A stretch of 64,000 nucleotides of DNA from Candidatus Saccharimonadota bacterium (GTDB lineage Bacteria > Patescibacteriota > Saccharimonadia > Saccharimonadales > UBA10212). Of the stretch, positions 1-9,040 are shown piece after piece (within the stretch, counting starts at the first letter, position 1; each line of letters opens with the position of its first letter). Location: positions 77,002-141,001 of the forward strand of contig JALHRM010000001.1 in NCBI GenBank assembly GCA_022841445.1. Direction: 5' to 3'. The translations under genes and the position numbers were made by a program. Under the pieces are notes generated by a model. The model worked only from the letters and a program-made list of their open reading frames with translations, was not told the origin of the DNA and did no database searches.

Positions 1-1024
1 AGAACGAATGTGGAGCTTGCGTGTATCAACCCTACCGATTATGGAAGGTGAAAAAGTAGTTATGCGAGTATTGAACGATACCGCAAAAGCGCTAACACTT
101 GAGGAGCTCGGCTTTTGGGGGCATTCACTGGACACAATAAACGGTGCGATCCGTGAACCTCATGGCATGATTCTGGTTACTGGCCCAACTGGTTCTGGAA
201 AATCTACCACCCTTTTCAGTGTGTTATCAATCTTAAATAGTCCTTCCGTTAATATTTCTACCGTTGAAGATCCAGTTGAGTACCGTATCGGTGGAGTAAA
301 TCAGACTCAGGTAAACCCAAAAGCCGGAATGACATTTGCGAATGGGCTCCGGGCGCTACTTAGACAGGACCCTAACATCATCATGGTCGGCGAGATACGT
401 GATTCTGAAACAGCCGGACTCGGTGTGCAGGCAGCTTTAACAGGACATCTTGTTTTCAGCACACTTCACACAAATAATGCCGCAACTTGTCTACCTCGTC
501 TGCTCGATATGGGCATTGAGCCTTTTTTGATTGCAAGCACTGTTCGAGCAGTTATTGGGCAGCGGCTCGTGAGGAGACTGTGCCAGACCTGTCGAGAGCA
601 ATACAAGCCAGATGCCAATGAACTCAAGGGTCTAACCAATATGTTCAAATTAAATGATTCCAAGATGATCCAGCATTATCACCTCCTTGAAAAACAAGCC
701 CTCGACGGCGGTATCGGTAAAATCGATAATGAGCAGAAGTCCGATCTTGCGACGACCGAAAACGGCATCAAATACTTCTGGCGACCAAAAAAGGGTGGCT
801 GTGATGCCTGCAACCATAACGGATTTAAAGGTAGAATCGGTATTTACGAAGTTATTGGCAGCTCTACGGAAATACAGGGCATGATTGTCGCTAATGCCAC
901 TAGCGAACAGATCCAAGGCGAGGCAATTAAAGAAAATATGATCACCATGCAGCTCGATGGATTTATTAAAGCGCTTCGCGGACTCACTGCCGTCGAAGAA
1001 ATCCTAAGGGTAACAAGAGAATAG
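1..1024 (+). CDS. pilB: Type IV pilus assembly ATPase, PilB/GspE family, C-terminal part (5' end outside window)
   Basis: Frame of ORF 8..1024 stays open to the window edge. Motifs: Walker A GPTGSGKST, Walker B IIMVGEIRD, His box TGHLVFSTLHTN, Cys pairs CQTC...CDAC. pilC follows 2 nt later. Confidence 0.9.
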   Translation, partial: ERMWSLRVSTLPIMEGEKVVMRVLNDTAKALTLEELGFWGHSLDTINGAIREPHGMILVTGPTGSGKSTTLFSVLSILNSPSVNISTVEDPVEYRIGGVNQTQVNPKAGMTFANGLRALLRQDPNIIMVGEIRDSETAGLGVQAALTGHLVFSTLHTNNAATCLPRLLDMGIEPFLIASTVRAVIGQRLVRRLCQTCREQYKPDANELKGLTNMFKLNDSKMIQHYHLLEKQALDGGIGKIDNEQKSDLATTENGIKYFWRPKKGGCDACNHNGFKGRIGIYEVIGSSTEIQGMIVANATSEQIQGEAIKENMITMQLDGFIKALRGLTAVEEILRVTRE

Positions 1025-1025
1025 C

Positions 1026-2249
1026 ATGGGATCATTTACTTACACTGCTCGCAATGGCTCCGGACAACTCGTCAGGGGTACCGTTAGTGCAGGTGATAAG
1101 TCTGGAGCTAGTAAAACATTAGTGAGTCAGGGGCTACGGCCAATACTTATTAAAGCCGAGATGAAGTCGAATAGTCTCGACAAAATAAGCATTTTGAGTC
1201 TGGGTAAAAAGGTTAAGACAAAAGATTTGGTTATATTTACCCGGCAACTTTCAACCATGATCAATGCCGGTGTGCCGATGGTACGTTCACTCGCTACTCT
1301 ACAAGCTCAAACCGACAATAAATACTTTAAATCAAGATTGGCACAGGTAGCTAAGAAAGTAGAAAGTGGTGTATCGCTTGGTGATGCTCTTGGAGACCAT
1401 CCAGACGTTTTTAGTAATGTCTACGTAAATATGGTGCGCGCCGGTGAAGCTGGCGGTATTTTAGATGACATCTTAAAGAAGCTTGCCTTGCAGCAAGAGA
1501 AAGATGCCGCCATACGCGCCAAAGTAAAAAGCGCCTCTACATACCCGGCTGTACTCTTTGGTATTACCATAATCGCCTTTTTTGCTCTGACTATGTTTGT
1601 GGTTCCAAAAATCGGTGCCATGATCATCAATCTGGGTGGGCCAGACGCAGTTCTACCGATTCAGACCAAAATTATGTTGGCAGTAAGCGAATTTATGCGT
1701 AACCAATGGTACATCCTGTTGGCGGTATTTATTGGTGGGCCAATCGCGCTTGCTCGCTGGCGAAAAACAGAGAAAGGCCGCCAGAAATTTGATGCGTTTC
1801 TGCTTAAAGTACCTATTATCAAAGTGATCATTGCCAAAGTAGCAATTGCTAGGTTTTCTCGAATATTCGCCTCGCTCATGGCTGCCGGCGTTACAGTCCT
1901 GGAGGCCATCGATGTCACAGCCAAGGCCATCGGCAATTACGTTATCGAGCAAGAGCTCGTCAATGCTGCTAGAGAAGTTCGCGCCGGGAAACAATTATCC
2001 GAGCCACTGTCCGAAAGCAAATTATTCCCCCCAATTGTTAGTCAGATGCTAGCCGTTGGTGAAGAAACCGGGCAAACCGATACCATCCTCGTAAAAGTTG
2101 CTGATTTTTACGAAGAAGAGGTTGATTCACTTGTAGGTAGTTTAAGTTCCATTATTGAGCCTCTTATGATTGTCGTTATGGGCGGCATGGTTGGACTTAT
2201 CGCTGCCAGTGTAATCGGACCAATTAGCTCTCTTACACAAAATCTTTAA
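1026..2249 (+). CDS. pilC: Type IV pilus inner-membrane platform protein, PilC/GspF family
   Basis: 407 aa with the duplicated GspF-type domain pattern (cytoplasmic helices followed by TM segments, twice). Sits directly between pilB and the pilin gene. Confidence 0.9.
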   Translation: MGSFTYTARNGSGQLVRGTVSAGDKSGASKTLVSQGLRPILIKAEMKSNSLDKISILSLGKKVKTKDLVIFTRQLSTMINAGVPMVRSLATLQAQTDNKYFKSRLAQVAKKVESGVSLGDALGDHPDVFSNVYVNMVRAGEAGGILDDILKKLALQQEKDAAIRAKVKSASTYPAVLFGITIIAFFALTMFVVPKIGAMIINLGGPDAVLPIQTKIMLAVSEFMRNQWYILLAVFIGGPIALARWRKTEKGRQKFDAFLLKVPIIKVIIAKVAIARFSRIFASLMAAGVTVLEAIDVTAKAIGNYVIEQELVNAAREVRAGKQLSEPLSESKLFPPIVSQMLAVGEETGQTDTILVKVADFYEEEVDSLVGSLSSIIEPLMIVVMGGMVGLIAASVIGPISSLTQNL

Positions 2250-2256
2250 AATATAA

Positions 2257-2284
2257 TTGACGTTATACCACTTACGGTTATAAT
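2257..2284 (+). promoter_or_regulatory. Sigma70-type promoter for the major pilin gene
   Basis: TTGACG (2257-2262), 16-nt spacer, TATAAT (2279-2284). A strong SD AAGGAGG lies about 12 nt upstream of the ATG at 2360. Confidence 0.55.
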
Positions 2285-2359
2285 GTGGGTAAGACAGGCT
2301 TAATGCTGTCCAGCTATTTATAAGCAGTAAAAAATTAAAATAAGGAGGGTGGGACCTAC

Positions 2360-2824
2360 ATGATCTCCCGAATTAACAAGCGAATGCAGGGCTTTACAAT
2401 CGTTGAGCTTCTGATCGTTATCGTCGTCATCGGTATCTTGGCGGCATTAGTATTAAACAGTTTTCAGGGTGTACAAGCCCGAGCGCGTGATACTGAGCGC
2501 CGAACAGACACAAATACAATCGCTACACAGCTCGAAGTATATTACAACGATAATGGTGGCTACCCCATATTCACCGGTAGCGTAAACACCGATTCATGGA
2601 TTACGGCTAATCTTAGAGGTGCAGATATCGCTGCATTCCGTGCTCCAAACCAAACAGCAAACACAATGGTAAACAGTGCTACGCCAACACAGGACCAGTA
2701 CGGCTACCGGCCACTACAAGCCGATGGCACAACCGCCTGTACCACAGCACCATGTGCCAAATTCATGGTTTACTACTATGAGGAAAAGGGTGCAACAGTA
2801 AAGAGCAAGGAAAGCTTGAACTAA
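2360..2824 (+). CDS. pilA: Type IV (major) pilin with prepilin N-terminal cleavage/methylation motif
   Basis: Leader MISRINKRMQG followed by FTIVELLIVIVVIGILAALVL (G-1, F+1, E+5). 154 aa, own consensus promoter, strong SD and terminator. Confidence 0.8.
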   Translation: MISRINKRMQGFTIVELLIVIVVIGILAALVLNSFQGVQARARDTERRTDTNTIATQLEVYYNDNGGYPIFTGSVNTDSWITANLRGADIAAFRAPNQTANTMVNSATPTQDQYGYRPLQADGTTACTTAPCAKFMVYYYEEKGATVKSKESLN

Positions 2825-2847
2825 TCCTAGCCGATAAAAAGCAAAAT

Positions 2848-2880
2848 AACCCGCCATACTTATCTGGCGGGTTATTTATA
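2848..2880 (+). terminator. Rho-independent terminator after pilA
   Basis: Stem AACCCGCCA / TGGCGGGTT with an 8-nt loop, followed by a T-rich ATTTATA tract. Confidence 0.7.
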
Positions 2881-3042
2881 GTGTTGAGATTACAGCATTA
2901 GTCCTATACTATTTAAGATAAGCATTATGGGTAGGCAAAAATTACGCACTCTACGCTTGACTCAGTTTCGGTGCAAACAGGAAGCACGGACGGAGTCGTA
3001 CTTTCGTACGATGAAAGGAGTACTGGACTGTTTAAGACGAAA

Positions 3043-3483
3043 ATGAGCAAGAAGCAGGGAAGATTTTATGCTTTGCACAAAAACAGCCGTGCTGGTGCAG
3101 AACGCGTAAAAGGATTTACGGTTGTAGAGCTGGTAGTCGCAATCGGCTTGTTTGGAATTATCGTCCCGGCTGTGGCTATTGGTCTAAGCAACCTCGCAGT
3201 AATTCAAAATCGTGCTAGGGATTTAACACTGGTTAATATGCTGGCTCAAAACAAAATCGAAACCTTAAGAAGCGCTGGATACAACAGTGTCACTACTGGA
3301 ACAACGAGCTTCAGCGGTGAACTTCCGAACATTCTCAGCGCACCAAAAAGTGCTGAATATGTAGTTACTCAGCCCGAAACAGGTATAAAACAAGTTGATG
3401 TAACTATCAGCTATAGCGAATACGGAGCTACGAAGACAGTCTCATATCGTACACTTATCAGTGAGCTGGGGGTTGGACAATGA
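3043..3483 (+). CDS. Minor pilin (prepilin-type N-terminal domain)
   Basis: KG|FTVVELVVAIGLFGII motif with E+5. ATG at 3043 preferred over the GTG at 2971 of the ORF track. Stop overlaps the next start (ATGA). Confidence 0.75.
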   Translation: MSKKQGRFYALHKNSRAGAERVKGFTVVELVVAIGLFGIIVPAVAIGLSNLAVIQNRARDLTLVNMLAQNKIETLRSAGYNSVTTGTTSFSGELPNILSAPKSAEYVVTQPETGIKQVDVTISYSEYGATKTVSYRTLISELGVGQ

Positions 3484-4151
3484 AAATTTTCCAAAAATGT
3501 GCAGAAAAAGGATTCACGATAGTTGAAGTTATTATCGCAGTTGGCGTCTCAACTATACTGGCGGGAACACTTTTTACGGTCACACTTTACTACTATGCCA
3601 ATGCCCTGCAGTCACAAATTACAACCGAAATGGCTCTTGAATCACAAGTTATTCTTACTCAACTCGTGGATGACATCAGGCTGGCGGACTCGATTGCATC
3701 CGCCAATACACTCACCGACACGTACGCACCAACGGGTGGATGGATGACGAACGACCCCAGTAATATCATTATTATTCAGTCCCCTGCGCTAGATAGTAAC
3801 CGAAATATCATTTACGATGCCGGTACTGGTAGCCCCTATAGCAACGAATTCATTTACTACGCTTCGGGAACTAACATGAATAAGCGAATTCTTAAAAATA
3901 CTGACGCAGCAGGTAACACCGCAGTTACCACCTGCCCGAGCGCTAATGCTACAGCAACCTGTCCGGCAGATCGAACCCTCAGTAAACGACTCAGCAACCT
4001 CACCTTTACTTTTTATGATGCCAGTAACGTCACGACTTCCGACGCCACGCAAGCCCGATCAGTAAGCTTGAATGTCGATATGAGCGAGAAGGTATTTGGC
4101 AAGACCTTAATGTTAAGTAATTCAACCCGCACCACACTGAGGAATCAGTAA
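3480..4151 (+). CDS. Minor pilin (prepilin-type N-terminal domain, PilW-like size)
   Basis: MKIFQKCAEKG|FTIVEVIIAVGV with E+5. Translationally coupled on both sides (ATGA at 3480, TAATG at 4151). Confidence 0.75.
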   Translation: MKIFQKCAEKGFTIVEVIIAVGVSTILAGTLFTVTLYYYANALQSQITTEMALESQVILTQLVDDIRLADSIASANTLTDTYAPTGGWMTNDPSNIIIIQSPALDSNRNIIYDAGTGSPYSNEFIYYASGTNMNKRILKNTDAAGNTAVTTCPSANATATCPADRTLSKRLSNLTFTFYDASNVTTSDATQARSVSLNVDMSEKVFGKTLMLSNSTRTTLRNQ

Positions 4152-5593
4152 TGAAGTACTTAGAATTATTCCGACAAAAGAATGATGAACATGGCTTTAT
4201 ACTGCCAGTACTACTTGTTACGGGTGTTCTTGTAATTATGATTATCGCCGCTGTGTCTAGCAGTGTTGTTGTCAACCAGAATTTATCCGTACAAGAATCT
4301 TACCGCGTCAACGCCCAGTTTACCGCCGATGCCGGCTTAGACAATGCAATTAGTAAAATGAATACTGTCCCGAGCTGGTCTGGTTCTGGGGGTGAAGTAA
4401 CACTACTAAATGATACTGTGCGCAATGTCAAAACAACTTACGAAACTACCGTCGCAAACGGCGTTACACCGGACGCCAAAACTATAACAGTTGTAGCCAA
4501 AACATATTCACCAATAACTTCGGCCACCGCTAAGTCAACTCGTAAATATGAGATGGACATAAGGGAAGTTACCAGTGGAACCGGCGGTATTACTTCTGTC
4601 GTTAGCGGCGTTGGCGGACTAGTCATTCAGAACAACGCCAAAATAACTGGTGGCGACGTAGTTGTAAATGGCACTATAACTGTTGGTAATAACGGTCAGA
4701 TTGGCTTGTCCAGCACACCGGTCGCTAATGCCATGAATGTTCGCGTAGCACATACAAATTGTCCGAACCCGGTAGACATTACTTACCCGCGAGTCTGCGC
4801 TAGCGGTGAAAACGGTCAACCCATCACTATTGGTAATAATGGCAGAATATACGCCGACGTAAGGGCAACCAATCAAACAACCGGTACAAATATGTCCAAT
4901 CCTGGACTTATCCCAAACCAGACAGTCACGCCAGCGATTCTTCCTGACTATGACCGCAACGCTCAAAAAGCTGCAGTTACAACAACGCTTGCCCCAAGTA
5001 GCACAACTGTTTCATGTGGCAACAACCAAACTAAAACCTGGCCAGCTAACTTAAGAATTACTGGCAACATTGCACTCGGCAACAACTGCACCGTTAATTT
5101 GTCGGGGGATGTATGGGTGGACGGCAATCTTACGTTTGGCAACAATGCAAGAATGGTAGTACCAAATTCCCTCGGCACTACATTACCGGTCATAATGGCA
5201 GACGGTTCAGGCGGTATTGTTATTGGCAATAACGGCACTGTCCAGACAAATTCTTCAGGAACCGGCATATACTTTATCGCTTATTGGAGCAGTGCTTGCT
5301 CGGTCGGTGGCGAAACCCCGCCGAACTGCAGCACACTCAATGGTTCTGCTCTAAAAAACAGTCAAGATCAAGTTCGAATTGACCTTAGCAACAACGGCAG
5401 TGCGCCGGGCAGTATTCTGTATGCGCGGTGGTCACGAGCGAGAGTTTCCAATAATGGCGCAATTGGGGCAGTGGCAGGTCAATCAATTGAACTGGGCAAC
5501 AATGCCGTTATCAACTTCACCGCTTCAGTTCCAGGTAGCAGCAATCTCACTTCCACCTGGGTCAAACGTGGGTACATGAGAGTATACGATTGA
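4151..5593 (+). CDS. PilX-like pilus-associated protein with a large repetitive (probable beta-helical) C-terminal domain
   Basis: N-terminus EHGFILPVLLVTGVLVIMIIAAV resembles the PilX_N hydrophobic segment and lacks E+5. The body carries at least 8 repeats with a GNN/SNN core (VGNNGQIG, IGNNGRIY, LGNNCTV, FGNNARM, IGNNGTV, LSNNGSA, VSNNGAI, LGNNAVI). Confidence 0.65.
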   Translation: MKYLELFRQKNDEHGFILPVLLVTGVLVIMIIAAVSSSVVVNQNLSVQESYRVNAQFTADAGLDNAISKMNTVPSWSGSGGEVTLLNDTVRNVKTTYETTVANGVTPDAKTITVVAKTYSPITSATAKSTRKYEMDIREVTSGTGGITSVVSGVGGLVIQNNAKITGGDVVVNGTITVGNNGQIGLSSTPVANAMNVRVAHTNCPNPVDITYPRVCASGENGQPITIGNNGRIYADVRATNQTTGTNMSNPGLIPNQTVTPAILPDYDRNAQKAAVTTTLAPSSTTVSCGNNQTKTWPANLRITGNIALGNNCTVNLSGDVWVDGNLTFGNNARMVVPNSLGTTLPVIMADGSGGIVIGNNGTVQTNSSGTGIYFIAYWSSACSVGGETPPNCSTLNGSALKNSQDQVRIDLSNNGSAPGSILYARWSRARVSNNGAIGAVAGQSIELGNNAVINFTASVPGSSNLTSTWVKRGYMRVYD

Positions 5594-5666
5594 GTACATG
5601 CAACTCTGATAACTTCTTAACGGTTATGCTATACTAGGCCGGAAGGAATGTGGGCAGCAAAAACAA

Positions 5667-6740
5667 ATGGGCAAAGTCAAACCCTCCGTTACGTACCATA
5701 AAAAGCCACTGTTTGGTTTTGATATTGGGCGTGGTTCAATAAAGGTAGTTCAACTCGGCGAAAGCAGTGGGAAAAAGGCTATTTTGGAAGGTTATGGGAA
5801 GTCAACTTTTGACCCGAGCGCAATTCATGACGGCGAAATCACCGACTTTGAGGTAGTAGCGGCCTCGGCTATGAGTCTTTTTAAGAACGATATAACCGGT
5901 ACCGTGAGCACACCGCGTATCGCTGTTTCTCTACCCGTAACTCATTCCTATAACCGCGTTATAGGCTTACCCCCAATGGATGATCACGATGTGCTTGATG
6001 CTATAAAACTCGAGATTGAACAGTACGTGCCAGTCCCAATTGATGACCTTTATATTGACTACCGATTAGTCGAAAAGACAAACGAAGGTCATGACTACAT
6101 GGTCGCAGCAGCACCCAAAAAAGTCGTTGACTCATACATGAGTTTGTTTTCCATATTAGGGCTTGAAGTTGCAGTTATGGAACCTAGCATCGTAAGTGTC
6201 AGTCGTCTGGTTCGTCAGGCTGAGCAGTCCGATCTACCAACACTCGTTATCGACTGCGGTTCATCTACTACTGACCTTATTATCTACAACCGCGACGCAG
6301 TACGAGTTACCGGAACTATAAAATTTGGAGGGGACACACTGACTCAGGCGATGGCTTCAAGTCTAAAAGTAAGTGAAGCCCAGGCCCACACTATCAAAAG
6401 CAAATACGGGCTTGATGCCAGCAAAAAACAAGCCGAGATATCCGCCGCACTGGAACCACCACTAAAATCACTTATCAATGAAGTCCGTAAAATCATTCGA
6501 TACTTTGAAGACCGCGATAACAATGAAAAGGTTGGCCAAGTAATCTTGCTCGGTGGCGGAGCTAACTTACCAGGCTTTAGCACGTATCTTACCAGTTCAC
6601 TTCGTATTCCGTCTCGGCTGTGCGGTATTTGGCAGCATGTTGACTTTGACGGTTTGCAACCACCTAACCAGCTAGAAAGTACTGTGTATGCAACTGCGAC
6701 TGGACTGGCACTTATACACCCTGATGAGGTAACCAAATAA
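5667..6740 (+). CDS. pilM: Type IV pilus assembly protein PilM (actin-like ATPase fold)
   Basis: 357 aa. Starts FGFDIGRGSIKVVQL, later VIDCGSSTTDLII and LLGGGANLPG. Immediately followed by pilN. Confidence 0.85.
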   Translation: MGKVKPSVTYHKKPLFGFDIGRGSIKVVQLGESSGKKAILEGYGKSTFDPSAIHDGEITDFEVVAASAMSLFKNDITGTVSTPRIAVSLPVTHSYNRVIGLPPMDDHDVLDAIKLEIEQYVPVPIDDLYIDYRLVEKTNEGHDYMVAAAPKKVVDSYMSLFSILGLEVAVMEPSIVSVSRLVRQAEQSDLPTLVIDCGSSTTDLIIYNRDAVRVTGTIKFGGDTLTQAMASSLKVSEAQAHTIKSKYGLDASKKQAEISAALEPPLKSLINEVRKIIRYFEDRDNNEKVGQVILLGGGANLPGFSTYLTSSLRIPSRLCGIWQHVDFDGLQPPNQLESTVYATATGLALIHPDEVTK

Positions 6741-7391
6741 ATGATTAATCTCATACCAGACCAAGCCAAGCAAGACATTCGTTATGCCATGCGCAACACC
6801 CGACTTATCCGTTATACCTGGATTTCGTTTTCTATGGCAATTGCCATTTCCTTAGTTACCGCCCTGAGCATCTTTAGTATGCAGTCCACAAAAAATGGGC
6901 TAAACAACGAGTTAGAAGCGCAAAATCAACAACTTGCAGGCCTCAAAGATGTAGAGCAAAAAGGCCAAAAACTATACGACCAAATAGAAACAATCGATCA
7001 ACTACTTAACCGCCAAGTAAAATTCTCCGGCATTTTGCCTGATATTGCTAAACTACTACCTTCTGGAGCGGTATTAAAACAACTCGATTTTAGCTCTAGC
7101 GACCTTACCGGCGAAGCAAGTTCGGTTGCCGGTGCAAAACCAGTTGCACCTGGCACTGAAAAACCGTTTGTTATTTCTGCGGCAGTAACCGACCGAACGA
7201 TAGCCACAACGCTAGTGGAAAATATAAAAGCCAAAAAAGATCTATTCAGTACTGCTGATTTGATAGATGTCAGTCAAAACGGTGATAGTACAAGTAGTTC
7301 ATCTGACAATAACGAGAATGCTCAGTCAGCAAAATATCCCTATCTTGTTACTATTCATGCTTACTTTAAGAAGCCAGGTGGTAAGCCGTGA
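6741..7391 (+). CDS. pilN: PilN-like pilus assembly protein
   Basis: N-terminal MINLIPDQ motif, single TM, coiled-coil region. Located after pilM. Confidence 0.7.
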   Translation: MINLIPDQAKQDIRYAMRNTRLIRYTWISFSMAIAISLVTALSIFSMQSTKNGLNNELEAQNQQLAGLKDVEQKGQKLYDQIETIDQLLNRQVKFSGILPDIAKLLPSGAVLKQLDFSSSDLTGEASSVAGAKPVAPGTEKPFVISAAVTDRTIATTLVENIKAKKDLFSTADLIDVSQNGDSTSSSSDNNENAQSAKYPYLVTIHAYFKKPGGKP

Positions 7392-7945
7392 GTCCTCCAA
7401 AAAAATTCTTCTACATACTCCTCGGTATTAATTTATTGCTGATTGGCGGCTTAGTTATAACATTCTATTTTGCAGATAGTATTGCCGCAAAACGCTCAAC
7501 GGAAATTGCCGTAGCAAAGGCGGATATAGAAAGCAATGAACTGGCCATCAAAAGTTTTCAGTCACTAGAAAAAGCCATCCAGCAAAACCAAGAAATCGAG
7601 ACCATAGCTAGCCGAGTTCTACCTCAGGATACCGAGCAAACCAAAGCGCTGGCCGAGCTGGACAAATTTAGCAGAGAAGCCAATGTGCCGATCCGGCAAA
7701 TATCTTTCACACCTGGCAAGGGCGGATCACTTGTTTCACCGACTAATATTAAGGGTGTGTCTGTTCTGCAAGTGTCCTTGCAGTGCGACCCAGCACAGTA
7801 TGAAGATTTGCTCGATTTCCTTAAAAAAATCGAAGATAATCGGCGCCGAATGCAGGTCACTTCTGTTGCTATAACACCGAGCGACACGGCACCCGGACTA
7901 CTCGACCGAACCAATTTATCAATTGATGTGTACTTGAGGCCATGA
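7388..7945 (+). CDS. pilO: PilO-like pilus assembly protein
   Basis: Single N-terminal TM plus coiled coil, 185 aa. GTG start overlaps the pilN stop (GTGA). Call rests mainly on position after pilMN. Confidence 0.6.
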   Translation: MSPPKKFFYILLGINLLLIGGLVITFYFADSIAAKRSTEIAVAKADIESNELAIKSFQSLEKAIQQNQEIETIASRVLPQDTEQTKALAELDKFSREANVPIRQISFTPGKGGSLVSPTNIKGVSVLQVSLQCDPAQYEDLLDFLKKIEDNRRRMQVTSVAITPSDTAPGLLDRTNLSIDVYLRP

Positions 7946-7955
7946 GGATAAACAT

Positions 7956-8312
7956 ATGAAATTATTCGGCATAACTATTGGCAAGAAGGAAGAAACTAAA
8001 TCAAAAAAAGATCAGCCTAAACAGTCGCTTAGTCTTAAGCATTACGGACGAAGCATTGCATCCAATTTACTGAAGTATGAAATTATTGTCGTCGCCATCA
8101 TTGTTGGCGGAATACTCGGTTTCACCACACTCCGCATGCTCAATTACACCAATCCCTCAGCCGATGCTGGGCGTTTAAGCGAGAACCTCACCAAACTAAA
8201 GCGCATCACAATAGACCCCACGGTAATCGAAAAAATTAAACAACTTTCTGACAGTCAAACCTCAACATCTGCCAATGTCGATCAAAACCGTAGCAATCCA
8301 TTCAGCGAATAA
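7956..8312 (+). CDS. Small single-pass membrane protein, last gene of the pilus operon (function unknown)
   Basis: 118 aa: Lys-rich N-terminus, one TM (IIVVAIIVGGILGFTTL), 10 nt after pilO. Confidence 0.45.
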   Translation: MKLFGITIGKKEETKSKKDQPKQSLSLKHYGRSIASNLLKYEIIVVAIIVGGILGFTTLRMLNYTNPSADAGRLSENLTKLKRITIDPTVIEKIKQLSDSQTSTSANVDQNRSNPFSE

Positions 8313-8318
8313 CTTCTA

Positions 8319-8894
8319 CTAGCTTCCGAGTTTGCTGTGTTCTTGCCTGGCATCGAGGATCTCATCGGCGTATGTGTTCGGATGCGGGCAATACGGAAAA
8401 ATAAAATTTTCCAGCTCGCCAGCGGTCTGAATCGTCAAGGTTCCGTAATTAAATATCGACTGCAAGATACCATGCTGGTCGGCCGTAACGTCTTCGACAT
8501 TGCTCAAATCAAGTCTTGATACCTTGCGACTGAACAATCCACGCTGCAGAACCTGCACCACTTCTTTATTGGTGATGGTGATCTGACTGAGCTTGTAAAT
8601 ATAGGTTGCCACTATCATGATGAGCACTAACACACCCAGCCCAAATAGTGCGACGCCACCAAGCAAGACTTTTACATCGTCAGGAATTTCATTGGCGAAT
8701 TCCGGACCGACCAAAAAAAACAATAGTGCGACTGCCACTACACCGATTACCGCTTGCACATACATAATTACCAGACCAATTGGATGACGCTTCAGAACGT
8801 ACATAACCTTTTCGCCTTCATCCAACATACGTTCAACTGTTGCGGATGCTCTGATATTTGGGTCGGCGTCGGGATGTTGATGACTAGGACTCAT
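8319..8894 (-). CDS. Membrane protein with bacterial PH (bPH_2/YdbT-like) domain
   Basis: Two TM helices followed by a roughly 80-aa domain. The pattern YVLKRHPIGL...TNKEVVQVLQRGLFSRKVSRLDLSNVEDV is typical of DUF304/bPH2 proteins. Confidence 0.7.
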   Translation of the reverse strand: MSPSHQHPDADPNIRASATVERMLDEGEKVMYVLKRHPIGLVIMYVQAVIGVVAVALLFFLVGPEFANEIPDDVKVLLGGVALFGLGVLVLIMIVATYIYKLSQITITNKEVVQVLQRGLFSRKVSRLDLSNVEDVTADQHGILQSIFNYGTLTIQTAGELENFIFPYCPHPNTYADEILDARQEHSKLGS

Positions 8895-8909
8895 ACTAAC
8901 AGTATACCT

Positions 8910-9018
8910 CTAGAACCCATCCCAAAATAATTTTTGTTTCCAAAAAACTGATGATTTTCGAGCGAAACCGACAAGGGCAGTTTAAGGGTCGGAAACGTTA
9001 CCCTGGGATGGGTTCTAG
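8910..9018. repeat. Perfect 15-bp inverted repeat bracketing 79 nt (structured RNA leader or MITE-like element)
   Basis: CTAGAACCCATCCCA (8910-8924) and TGGGATGGGTTCTAG (9004-9018). ATACCT occurs on both flanks. Contains an internal UUUUUG-GAAA-CAAAAA hairpin on the minus strand. Confidence 0.6.
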
Positions 9019-9040
9019 TGATACCTTGTATCCACACACT

